Assembly: GCF_001194135.2 (NCBI RefSeq)
Contig: NC_068985.1
Location: 91,967,103-92,031,102, forward strand
DNA: 64,000 nt
DNA from: Octopus bimaculoides
Taxonomy: Eukaryota
Reading direction: 5' to 3'
Below, one piece after another: positions 52,601-64,000 of the stretch (the first letter of the stretch is position 1; every line of letters begins with the position of its first letter). Under the pieces are notes generated by a model. That model was not told the origin of the DNA, did no database searches, and worked only from the letters and a program-made list of their open reading frames with translations. Made by a program: the position numbers and the translations under genes.

Positions 52601-53947
52601 CAGGATGCGGCAGAAAGGTTGCCCCGATTTTAAAAGTTAATAAAGAACAAGTACATAAAGCTAGAAGAAAATCTTTGCATTTTTTTGAAGAAAATTAAAT
52701 GCCATTATGATTAAAGTTTTAAAAATCATATCACTTAAATGGCGACTGCCAATGTTGATGCGGTTTTCATGTCTCTCTAGAAATGTCACCATAGTCCTTT
52801 GAACTATGTCTCGTAGAATCCCATTGATTTCCTCCTGAGTTATTGCCGCCATTAAATCTTCTACAGTTGCTGGCCGGTGTTTATACACTGGTGATTTGAG
52901 GTGCCCCCATAGAAGGAAAATCACACGGAGTTAAATCCGAGGAACGTGGGTGGGGGGAGGGTCCTCCCAAGATCACTTCTCAGAGAAACAACATAACTGG
53001 GAAACATGTCACGGTGGACTCCGAGTGAACGTCAAGAGGTACGCGATGTGGCACCAACTTCTTGGGACCATAGTGCATCCGTGTCATGATCGGCAAGTAA
53101 CTGGACGACTTTTGGACGGAGAAACCTTTCGAGCAGTTCACAATAAGGGTCTGATGTAACAGTTACTGTAACACCCTTCTCTTTGAAAATATAAGGACCC
53201 CACACGCCAAAATTACCCATGGCACACCAAACGGTAACCTTCGCACTGTTGTGTAACCGTTTGTGGAGTTCACGAGGGTTATTGCCTGACCAAGATTGAA
53301 AGTTTTGTTTATTAACCATCCCCGATAAATGGAAGTGCGCTTCATCACTGCAGATCAGAACAGATGTTGGGAGGATGGTCTGGAGAATGTCTCGACACAA
53401 CGCTGTGCGGGTTTCATAATCCCTCTCGCTTATATCCTGTAGAACCATTATCTTGTAGGGATGCTTGTGGAGAAACCTGTGCAAGATTCTCCGGACACTT
53501 CGATTGGATATGAGTAGGCAGAATCGTGGCTTTGTGCGAAACGTCTGGGCGACTGCTGTATTGAAGCTACCACAGCTACGACATTTTCTGTCCCTGTAAC
53601 GGTCCTAGGACGGCCAGGACTTTTCCTGTTTAAAGTCTATGATGTTTTTCTAAAGTTGGAAATTCACTGACGAATTGTTTTTCCATTAGGTATGGGATTA
53701 TGACGACGAAGTCCAAAGGGTCTTCGGAAGGAACGTTGCGTCATTACGACTGATTCACTGTTCTTAACAAACTCATCAACAATAAATGGACAATGCTTTC
53801 CACTCCAGGCCATATTGAGTACCACTTGAAACAAAATCAAAAATGGCATTTAATGTACTCCATAGAAATACAAAGTCTTTTGAGGCATCTTTTGTGTTTG
53901 TATTTTATTAACCTGTGAAATTGGGGCAACCCTTCTGCCGCAATCTA
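52601..53947 (-). mobile_element. Near full-length Tc1/mariner DNA transposon (DD41D rosa/VS-like), 1347 bp
   Basis: TIRs caggatgcggcagaaaggttgccccgattt and aaattggggcaacccttctgccgcaatcta (about 5 mismatches in 30 bp, weaker similarity to about 105 bp). TA at 52599-52600 and TG at 53948-53949. Confidence 0.9.
52710..53813 (-). pseudogene. Disrupted transposase (DUF4817-type HTH plus DD(41)D domain)
   Basis: MAWSGKHCPFIVDEFVKNSESVVMTQRSFRR..; HPYKI..SDEAHFHLSGMVNKQN..W...NP..LH...KVTVWC..GPYIF; QEVGATS (cf. QQDGAT); PRSSDLTPCDF/LLWGHLKS.VY..P.T..DL. Several frameshifts and stops. Confidence 0.9.
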
Positions 53948-53958
53948 TGTTTAGTTTT

Positions 53959-54378
53959 TTACTTGATTCAGTCATTTGGCTACGGCCATGCTGGGGCACT
54001 TCCCTGAAGAATTTTACTCGAACGAATCTACAATTGTACCTATTTCTTTTTTAAGCTTGGTACACTTTCTCGGTGCCTTCTGCCATACGACTAAGTTACG
54101 GAACGCAAACAAACTCGCACCGCTTGTCAAGTGGTACTGAGATACAAACACAGACAGAAATACACTCGCACGCGCCCACGCACACACACACGCGCTCACA
54201 CACACATACATATAACTTGAGCTTCTTTCAGTTTCTATCTCCTAAACCACCCACAAGGCACAGGTCGGCCCTAGGTTATAGCAGAAGCTATTTAACCAAG
54301 GTTCCACGCAGTGGGACTGAACCCGAAAACACATGGTTGGGATGCAAGCTTCGTACCACACAACTCTGCTTGCACCTA
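53959..54378 (-). mobile_element. SINE family D, full length
   Basis: Collinear with 37050-37429 (cagtcatttggctacggccatgctggggcac ... ccacgcagtgggactgaacccgaaaacacatggttgg). Confidence 0.85.
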
Positions 54379-54435
54379 CAAATAAGCACACGTGTTTATA
54401 TTCATACGCACATGCATATATTCATACACACACAT

Positions 54436-54466
<31 letters not shown>

Positions 54467-55855
54467 CAAACATATATATACATACATACATACATACGCA
54501 TATATATATTTATTCATATTTATTTACGTATATATATGTGTGTATATGTATATTTATGTATATATGTATATATAATTATAGATACATAGACGCTGATGCA
54601 CATTTTCAATGACTACAATGTTAAACATTGCTTTAATTGCATATCAGATGTATTCACATTAAATTTCTATTATACACCCAGCGAGAGAATATTCTTCTCT
54701 ATTTATCTTTAATTTCCTAACTACATTACTATATATTATATTAAATTTAATGCTGAGCTAATCGAAAAGTACTCGTAAACCTTCCTGTCAACTCGAACGG
54801 ATTCTAGCGCCGGAAGGCAGTTTTTGTCCCTTTGAGAAAAGCAGCATAAATACAGAATACAAAACGCATATTCTAAATTTATCACAGAATTTCATCATTT
54901 TTGCGATCATACTTGTATTGCAACCATTTAAATAAATGAAAAACATAGATATAAATATAACACCGAAAAGTACACACGTCAAAAAAAATTTATATATATA
55001 TGCAAGAGTTATTAATTCAAAAACATTGCCTTAGGCTTCGCTTCAACAATGGATAGACGCTGAACTATTCTAACTCAAGTTGATAATTTCAATGCTTTTG
55101 TTATGAAATGTTATTACTATTTATTCTCCTACGCTGCCTTCATCTCTTCATTTTACATTGATGTAGTAGCACAAGGAGGATGGGAAAGAAAATTTCCCAA
55201 CATTGACATTATTTACTACCATTTAAGCATAGCCGAACAAAGAGAAGATTAAAACACCATAAACTTGGGTTTCGTACAAGGAGAAATATTAATGGCCACC
55301 ACGTCAGACATAACTTGACAGCAAGCTATTGTAGATTGTCATGATTTCGTCACACAGTTGTATCTGTTTAAAACAATTAGATGAAGATTAGTGCCGGAAT
55401 AATAACTTCTAATTTAAGCAAAATGCGGGCTGTTCCGAGGAGAGAGTATCATAGAATACCATTCGCCCCAGTTCTGGATTAGATCTTTAATGTGTTTGAC
55501 CAACATGAATAAAAGATAAAATAGACCACAGTGGGATTTGAACTCGGAACGTAAAGAGTGGGAGGACATGCAGCAAACCGGATTTTCTGTGTAAAGTCGT
55601 ATGGTCCGGTAGAGATTCCGCTTACGATTGCAAGGTCGTGGTTTCAATGTGCAGACAAAGCGATGCGTTGTGTCCTTCAACAAAACTCTTTTATTTCACG
55701 TTTATCCATGTCAGTCAGCTGTAAAAGAATAAGTCGAGGGTGGATTAAGGTCCCAATCAGTGGTCATGTTGTGATCATGGTCACTTATACGTCACGGAAA
55801 TGGGATTACTCGATCCTACGAATCCTTAATCTGAAAACATCTATGGATTGCTGCT

Positions 55856-55886
<31 letters not shown>

Positions 55887-56027
55887 ATGATGATGGTTGT
55901 TTTGTCACTTTCTTGTAACACTATTGTCTCAGAATAATGATAACGGGGTGACAGCACTAAGCAGTGATGTGTATAAATACAAACATGTTACCACAGTTCT
56001 ATATTTAAGAGATGAGGAATTATGTAC

Positions 56028-56238
56028 GTTATTTACATTATTTACATTTGACGGATATTTGCCCTCATCGTGTTTGTTGTTAACACAACGTTTCGGCTGA
56101 TATACCCTCCAGCCTTCATCAGGTGTCTTGGGGAAACTTCGAAGCATATGCCCGTGTGCATATGGCGTAGTGGTTAAGAGCGCGGGCTACTAACACCAAG
56201 AATCCGAGTTCGAATCCAGACCTGAATAAAGATAATGC

Positions 56239-56280
<42 letters not shown>

Positions 56281-56322
56281 CAACAACAACATCGAAAATA
56301 CTTTAGGAATGAGGACCTAGGT
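56028..56322. mobile_element. SINE family C with internal inversion (3' half minus 56028-56143; 5' half plus 56150-56322)
   Basis: The two halves are contiguous in the 6194 copy (...cccaggt|tccaaatttcccc...) but lie in opposite orientation here. Confidence 0.85.
56082..56127 (-). ncRNA. Predicted minimal type I hammerhead ribozyme
   Basis: 5'-GACAC CUGAUGA A GGCUG-GAGGGUAUAU-CAGCC GAAA C GUU/GUGUU-3'. Stem I GACAC:GUGUU, stem II GGCUG:CAGCC, intact CUGANGA and GAAA core, palindromic ACGU in place of stem III. Fold deduced by eye; activity untested. Confidence 0.7.
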
Positions 56323-56433
56323 ATAGACGCAAATCTATCTAATTATTTGTCTCTTTCTAAAATCAGGTATAACTTGGCGATCGGTCGACTTACAACACCG
56401 TTCTTCGTTATGAGTTTACTTGGTACAGTGTGC

Positions 56434-56538
56434 TTGTTAACTTCACAACAAGGTCAAGGTGAGCTCTGATTGGCTGTATGCAAATGAGATCAATAGTGGG
56501 GTCTGGGTCTGGAAGTCATGCGGGAAAAACATTTCGCC
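56434..56538 (+). repeat. Third copy of the CCAAT/octamer-bearing repeat
   Basis: The 30-bp core gtgagctctgattggctgtatgcaaatgag is identical to 17303-17332. Confidence 0.85.
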
Positions 56539-57233
56539 TTCCACTCTGGCATATTTTATGCCTCACGCTTTGCTTTATCGCTCTTTGGTTCTCTTAACCT
56601 AGTTCTTGAATTTTTTGTTTCCTCTATTTTAAATTTATGTCTCTTTATTTTAATTTTTAAATTCTGGATTTTTTATTCAATTGAACTCAGCGATGTGGCA
56701 ACAATGTAACCTTCATTTGAATAAGCAAATGTCAGCCTGACGATTAGGTACGTTGAGCATAGCTCATTGCATAACTATTACATTACTAGCTTCAGCTAAC
56801 TTAGAAACATATGCAGCATGCCTTTTACTTGTTCAACTCACCCAGTTTGAATTTTCATTCGTATTTTAGCAGCTTTAGTTGCTAACTGTGAGCTATATAG
56901 AAACTATGAGTCTATCGAATGTTCTCGCAATGACGATATGGGCAAAAAATGTCTCACTTTCAAGGCAAATAAATTGTTATTCTATCTTGTCTCACACTAT
57001 CCACTGTTTGTTCTCTTTACCTATCACTCACTTCTTGAAGCTTACCATCGCCGTACGCTCGGATCCCTGGATCGTATTCTTACATATGTACATACATATA
57101 TATGTGTGTCAGTATGTGTACGTGTGTGTGGTGGGGTGCGTGTACATATATGTGCAGAACAAATTATAACTAAACCAGAAATGTAGTAATATAGAAAAAG
57201 TCATATATATATATATATATATATACATATATG

Positions 57234-57294
<61 letters not shown>

Positions 57295-57634
57295 GTACAT
57301 ATGTATATGTATGTATGTATTTATGTATGTATGTATGTATGTATGTACGTATATGCAGTACAGAGATGCATTTCAGATATTTTGGGTTTCCTCAGAAATG
57401 ATAACTCTCATTGAAATTAGCAAACGAAAACCAATATTGAAAAAATATATAAGTATATACTAAGAGCAGGGTAAAAAATATCAACAACTGGCATTCGACT
57501 GACAAAACAGCAGCCTCCTGATATCTACATTCATTTTGATAAACATCACAAAGAAATGTATATGCTTGTGTGTTGTGATTACACGCACATATACATATAC
57601 ATATATATATAATTATATATATGTATATAGTGTA

Positions 57635-57671
<37 letters not shown>

Positions 57672-58462
57672 NNNNNNNNNNNNNNNNNNNNNNNNNNNNN
57701 NNNNNNNNNNNNNNNNNNNNNNNNNNNNNNNNNNNNNNNNNNNNNNNNNNNNNNNNNNNNNNNNNNNNNNNNNNNNNNNNNNNNNNNNNNNNNNNNNNNN
57801 NNNNNNNNNNNNNNNNNNNNNNNNNNNNNNNNNNNNNNNNNNNNNNNNNNNNNNNNNNNNNNNNNNNNNNNNNNNNNNNNNNNNNNNNNNNNNNNNNNNN
57901 NNNNNNNNNNNNNNNNNNNNNNNNNNNNNNNNNNNNNNNNNNNNNNNNNNNNNNNNNNNNNNNNNNNNNNNNNNNNNNNNNNNNNNNNNNNNNNNNNNNN
58001 NNNNNNNNNNNNNNNNNNNNNNNNNNNNNNNNNNNNNNNNNNNNNNNNNNNNNNNNNNNNNNNNNNNNNNNNNNNNNNNNNNNNNNNNNNNNNNNNNNNN
58101 NNNNNNNNNNNNNNNNNNNNNNNNNNNNNNNNNNNNNNNNNNNNNNNNNNNNNNNNNNNNNNNNNNNNNNNNNNNNNNNNNNNNNNNNNNNNNNNNNNNN
58201 NNNNNNNNNNNNNNNNNNNNNNNNNNNNNNNNNNNNNNNNNNNNNNNNNNNNNNNNNNNNNNNNNNNNNNNNNNNNNNNNNNNNNNNNNNNNNNNNNNNN
58301 NNNNNNNNNNNNNNNNNNNNNNNNNNNNNNNNNNNNNNNNNNNNNNNNNNNNNNNNNNNNNNNNNNNNNNNNNNNNNNNNNNNNNNNNNNNNNNNNNNNN
58401 NNNNNNNNNNNNNNNNCTGAAACGTTGAACGAAACCTTCAAAGAATAATAATAATAATAATG

Positions 58463-58530
<68 letters not shown>

Positions 58531-59046
58531 TGTAACAACAACAAAAAGAACAACAACAACAACAATAATAATAATAATAATAAAAATAACCTACAGTTTA
58601 TCATGCATCGAGTACTTAAGTGAATGTGATCGATCTTCTCTTTTCGTTTACTGAATACATATGAGTAGTGTATGTATTTATGGGTGTGTATGTGTGTTTC
58701 TGGGTACGTAAATGTGCGTATGTACATCCTTCCACAAAAACATAATTATACATACATCCACAAAAACATCCTTCCACAAAAACATAATTATACATACATA
58801 CATACGCACATATTCTTTTATTCTTCTACTGGTTTCAATCATTTGACTGTGGCCATGCTGGAGCACCGCCTTCAGTCGAACAAATCGGTCCCTGGACTTA
58901 TTCTTTGTAAGCCTAATACTTATTCTATCGGTCTCTTATGCCGAACTGTTAGGTCTCGGGGATGTAAACACACCAACATCGGTTGACAAGAGATAGTAGA
59001 GGGACAAACAGACACACGCACACACACACACAGCCATATATATATA

Positions 59047-60070
59047 CATCCTTGCTACATTCACCCATCTTTTTTTGAAGCATTCACTAGACAAGACTTC
59101 CCTTTCTACTCTCACCTTCCTCTTCAAGTGATACTTGAAGAAGTTGATGAGAGATTGCCCAGAGAAGAAAGTCTTTGTCTCTAGACCTTTCAAACGCGTC
59201 CACCATACACATTCTTTCGCCATAGCCACAAGTACGATGAAAATAGCTCTTCCTTCCCGTTTCAAGGAAGGAGGCGCGACAATATTCACGATAGNNNNNN
59301 NNNNNNNNNNNNNNNNNNNNNNNNNNNNNNNNNNNNNNNNNNNNNNNNNNNNNNNNNNNNNNNNNNNNNNNNNNNNNNNNNNNNNNNNNNNNNNNNNNNN
59401 NNNNNNNNNNNNNNNNNNNNNNNNNNNNNNNNNNNNNNNNNNNNNNNNNNNNNNNNNNNNNNNNNNNNNNNNNNNNNNNNNNNNNNNNNNNNNNNNNNNN
59501 NNNNNNNNNNNNNNNNNNNNNNNNNNNNNNNNNNNNNNNNNNNNNNNNNNNNNNNNNNNNNNNNNNNNNNNNNNNNNNNNNNNNNNNNNNNNNNNNNNNN
59601 NNNNNNNNNNNNNNNNNNNNNNNNNNNNNNNNNNNNNNNNNNNNNNNNNNNNNNNNNNNNNNNNNNNNNNNNNNNNNNNNNNNNNNNNNNNNNNNNNNNN
59701 NNNNNNNNNNNNNNNNNNNNNNNNNNNNNNNNNNNNNNNNNNNNNNNNNNNNNNNNNNNNNNNAATCCACTACAGAATGCATTAGTTGTGAAGCAGTTGC
59801 TCAAGTTTGACCCGGGGTGTTGCAGTTGCCGGAGAGCAACGCGACACTCGCGGTGCCATTCACCCTTCCTCGGCCTCTTCTTGATCCACGACTGCAGTTC
59901 GATCATTGAGACGAGCTGCGGGAAAGCGCGCCGCACAAACGGTGGCCACACCTGTTCATCGTTGTCTACGTAGAGCTGGAGAAGTCGCAGTCTCAGCGCG
60001 TGTCTGCGCATCAACAACCACGGCATGCCCAGTCCTCGTTTTAACGGGTGTTGGCAGCAAACGGATCGCC
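59047..60070 (-). mobile_element. Tx1/L1-like LINE 3' fragment spanning an assembly gap
   Basis: KRGLGMPWLLMRRHALRLRLL...QVWPPFVRR before the gap (cf. ..GGLG.P.....AL.L..L.....W). After the gap: LVAMAKECVWWTRLKG...FFKYHLKRKVRVEREVL...FKKRW (cf. L1/Tx1 AK..IW..R...F..W). Confidence 0.7.
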
Positions 60071-60123
<53 letters not shown>

Positions 60124-60641
60124 CATACATATACGTATCTACACACATACACCCCTACATATACGCCACATAGTTGTTTGATATAATATTTATGTCGCAT
60201 CGCTAGTTTCATACGACGGAACTCTTGAGACGTGTGTATGTTTGTATGTTTCTTTCGTGTACATATATATGTGTTTGTGTATGTGTGCGTGTGTTCACGG
60301 GTGTTTCTGTTTCTGTGTGCGCGCTCGTGTGTGTATGCGTGTGCGTGCATGTTTGTGCGTGTGAGTGTGTGAGTTTCTGTAAGGATTTGGTATAGTTTTC
60401 GCCCCCAAATTCTTTTGTCCAGCTGTTGGTCAAGTAAAGATTTCTGGTCGATCCAACTGGAGATTTGACAATATGACGAGGTTGCTTAGCTTATAGTCTT
60501 GTGGTGAGTTTTTCAACTGGACACTTCTACCTATAATTATAATATACACTTCAATGCAGAGAACAACTGAGATAATCTGTAGGAAAATTCGTTGTGCTAA
60601 TACTATTATAAGTAATCTATAATCCTATTGGACCAAAGTCG

Positions 60642-60760
60642 TACAGCCTGCTAGAAATAGCAACCACTCTGCTTAAATCACAAGCTACCATCTTAAATTA
60701 AGCGAATGCTATATTAAATACTGTATTCCAATGCGACTCTTAAAAAGCAGGGTTAGTCAG
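60642..60760 (+). repeat. Unclassified dispersed repeat E (ctgctagaaatagca...); other relics at 500-548(+), 6540-6575(-), 7090-7200(-), 33570-33670(-)
   Basis: A shared ctgctagaaata(g/a)ca.c.a core followed by aaatca..c.ac..tctta occurs in several copies. Confidence 0.5.
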
Positions 60761-60958
60761 GGATGGGTAATCTGTGATGAAAGCAGTTCCTATAGCTACG
60801 GTCCGCTACGTTCGAGTGTGCAAGCACATGTTCACGATAGATGTGTGTGTGTGTGTATTCATATTTATATATTTATGTATATATGTATAGGTAGACAGAT
60901 AGACATACAGACAGTCTCAAATACACTGACATGCACACAGAGGCGTATAGACACACAC

Positions 60959-61021
<63 letters not shown>

Positions 61022-61339
61022 TATAGATAAACACATTTGAATTTGGAAGCGAGATATGATAAATCAAATTTATCCTGAAGATTAGTTAAATTCTTGTTGC
61101 ATCTTTGATTCCCAATTGAAAGAGAAGGTTGTAGTTCGTATTGCCTTTGGGAAACCTAATTCCACAATTTCCTGACAATTGTTAGATATAAATTCTTTTA
61201 TACTGAAAATATAAATACTCATAAACAGTAAAAACCCGAATAATAATTTTGGAAAGAAAATTTACTGAAGATCATTAGCCTGAAGACGCCTCAAACAGGA
61301 CATCATAATTATTTTTGTATTTGATTGAGTTATAATGTA

Positions 61340-61890
61340 TTTACACCAAAAGATTGGGAGATGAAAGACGACCTGGAGAAGCAGCTGATGTTCAAAAAGA
61401 ACTGTGGTTCCAACATCACTAAGGTCTGCTATGGTGCTGATCTCAGGAGCATCCACCAAGCAGATTGTTCAGCTAGAATCCTCCGTTGCTTGAGAAGACC
61501 GCATCGAAGATTCAAACGGGAAGAAGAGGAGGAAATACGCTAAGCTGTTAGAGTTATGCCAATACAATGATGGGAAGTAAGGCCTAATCCCATTCAGGTG
61601 GGGTACAAAGGGCTTGCAGATCAGTTACTGTAAAGAACTTAATATATGCTCGGCACTAGATGGGCCAGCAACTAGAAGACCCGTTAGGTTCGCTATAGAG
61701 ACAGTACAAGCTGCTTCAATGTGATTGTGGATCAGTAGGTGTGATCCTTGGAAAGGACAGCTCTACGAGAGCTAGTACTAACTGGACACCCCCTGTGGTT
61801 TAGTCAATCGTCGGGTCAGGGGTTGTCTGATGTTAAAAGACAAGTAACACCCAATGGCCCCTGGAAACATTTCTGATGTTATGTCCAGGA
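61340..61890 (+). mobile_element. Second HERO-like RLE LINE 3' end (decayed, with 3' UTR)
   Basis: KDWEMKDDLEKQL / TSLRSAMVLISGASTKQIVQLESSVA*EDRIEDSNGKKRRKYAKLLE / PIQVGYKGLADQ / AASM*LWISRCDPW, then a UTR ggttgtctgatgttaaaagac...cacccaatg...ctgatgttatgtcc. Confidence 0.75.
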
Positions 61891-63030
61891 AAACACAGAA
61901 TGATGTACAGAGAAACGAGAACTACAATATCCATTAATTCCTTTCGTGTCATTTCATGGATTCTTTGCTGTTACATCTAGCAGAGAGGACTATGGTGCAG
62001 AGGATCCCTTGTTAATACCACTAACCTATATTGCTTGTTGCTATAGTTTAGACTTAGATCAGTATTGGTACGGCAGAGCAACAAATATAAGTACACAAGT
62101 CATGACAATCCCATCTTTAATTCAATATAAATCGCATCCTTCCTATTTTTAAGGTAGCATCCATCGATTTGATGAAAATGTGGCTGTTGCTTCTAGAAGG
62201 TCGTGCGGTTGTATAGAATCTATTTCTGTTCGATAATAAAATAAGTGTTGAGACTGTGAGCAATAAATTTGTAAGTCACTTGAGTGTATTTCCTAACAAA
62301 CTTAATTAAGATGTCTTTGTTACTTATATTTATATATATTTCTTTTCTATTGCGAGTATGACGAATCGAATATTACATTTAAGAAGACTAATGAATACTC
62401 CTACTTCTTGTAATATATCGAGAGTAATTAAAATAGAAACGTATAGTCCTTCTCTATGCTTACGCTCAGAAATCTTACTGTCGTTTCTAATGCTTCTGCT
62501 GATACGAGCAGTTGCAGCCTTGTAAATATCAGATATGTGTTGCTTCATATGTTTCTTGTATTTTATCTAATTTTATCAGTAAACGCAGGCGTTGCTGTGT
62601 GGTAAGAAGTTTGCTTCCCGACCACACACTTTTGCGAAGGAATTTGGCTGACGGGAATTAAGAGAAAGCCCGTTACATGTGTTTATGTGTGTGAGCGTGC
62701 ATATTGTCGTTTAAATATCCGAAGTATTTGACTCCATAAATATTTTCTCCTCATTTTATTGTTAAGTCTTATGTTTACTGGAGTAACGCTGTGCTGACGA
62801 TGTCTATTGATGAAAAACTGTTGAAAAGTGCTCTTTTCTCTCCAGAAAACAAAATCCTCTTATTTCCTAATGGCGTCTGAATTCCGCAATAATTGATGTT
62901 TGTCAGAAATTATCTCCCCTCGCTATATCAGAGTTTCTTAAGTTGCCTAAATTTGTCAAAGCGTTGCTCCAACATCGCCGCAGGTCAATGCGTGAAGGAA
63001 GTTAGAGTAAATATGTGGGGTAGGGTATCT

Positions 63031-63065
<35 letters not shown>

Positions 63066-63968
63066 NNNNNNNNNNNNNNNNNNNNNNNNNNNNNNNNNNN
63101 NNNNNNNNNNNNNNNNNNNNNNNNNNNNNNNNNNNNNNNNNNNNNNNNNNNNNNNNNNNNNNNNNNNNNNNNNNNNNNNNNNNNNNNNNNNNNNNNNNNN
63201 NNNNNNNNNNNNNNNNNNNNNNNNNNNNNNNNNNNNNNNNNNNNNNNNNNNNNNNNNNNNNNNNNNNNNNNNNNNNNNNNNNNNNNNNNNNNNNNNNNNN
63301 NNNNNNNNNNNNNNNNNNNNNNNNNNNNNNNNNNNNNNNNNNNNNNNNNNNNNNNNNNNNNNGGTAAGCAAGCTACTTACCACTCAGCCACGGCTATATA
63401 TGTACGTATAAAAAAAAAATATTTGAATGTCTCCTGACATCCTTTTTATAATTCTGCACTCTAAAATCATTTCTTTTATAACAATATATAAAAGCAAACA
63501 AACAAATAAAATAAACAACTGAGACATATTCTTAACATGTCGTTTGTCTCTATTTTTTGCCAATGTACAATAGTTCTGTATTTGACTAAACCCAATTGCA
63601 GATCTCATGAAAACTGCATCGAATGTACCTCAGTCTTATCGATTACTTTTAGGCTTCTTTTCGTTGCTTGATGAAATAATCCCTTCTCTATAAACTAGTT
63701 TTATGGATGCGATATAAGCCAAAATAACGCATTCTTTATTCTATAAACCTTTGAATTCTATATTCAATTTCATTAGTTTTTCTATTTTAGATCAACAACT
63801 GCATTGATTTCGTTTGGTTCTTGGATAAAATTATAACATAGCATCTTAACAGATGCCTACCTTCTTACTATTTCGTCGACACTCTACATATTTTACAGCT
63901 TCTTCGAAACGAAACTATTGTCTTCCATAAGGTTCACTCGTTCCTTTGTATCACTTCTATCTTGCACA

Positions 63969-64000
<32 letters not shown>

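Noticed and set aside
61820-61890. ctgatg...aaaag motifs in the HERO 3' UTR as a hammerhead
   Set aside because: No CUGANGA followed by a paired stem II and GAAA.

Overview
AT-rich, microsatellite-dense, gapped (14 N-runs) animal DNA. The SINE families and repeat content point to an octopus/coleoid cephalopod genome (inference from recognised repeat consensus, not a database search). I found no host protein-coding exon I can support; the window looks intergenic or intronic. Nearly all coding-like signal comes from decayed transposable elements: two HERO-like and three R4/Dong-like RLE-type LINE fragments, three CR1/L2-group fragments, an RTE fragment, a Tx1/L1-like fragment, two Penelope-like (PLE) pieces, a near full-length DD41D-type Tc1/mariner element with TIRs, several MITEs and about 30 copies of at least five SINE-like families. 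Best candidate for new biology: one tRNA-headed SINE family (3 copies) whose 3' half folds as a minimal type I hammerhead ribozyme of the PLE/retrozyme kind. One copy has an intact core (56082-56127, minus), one stops at the predicted cleavage site, and the intact-core copy shows a twin-priming-type inversion. Boundaries of decayed repeats are approximate (about +/-10-20 bp).
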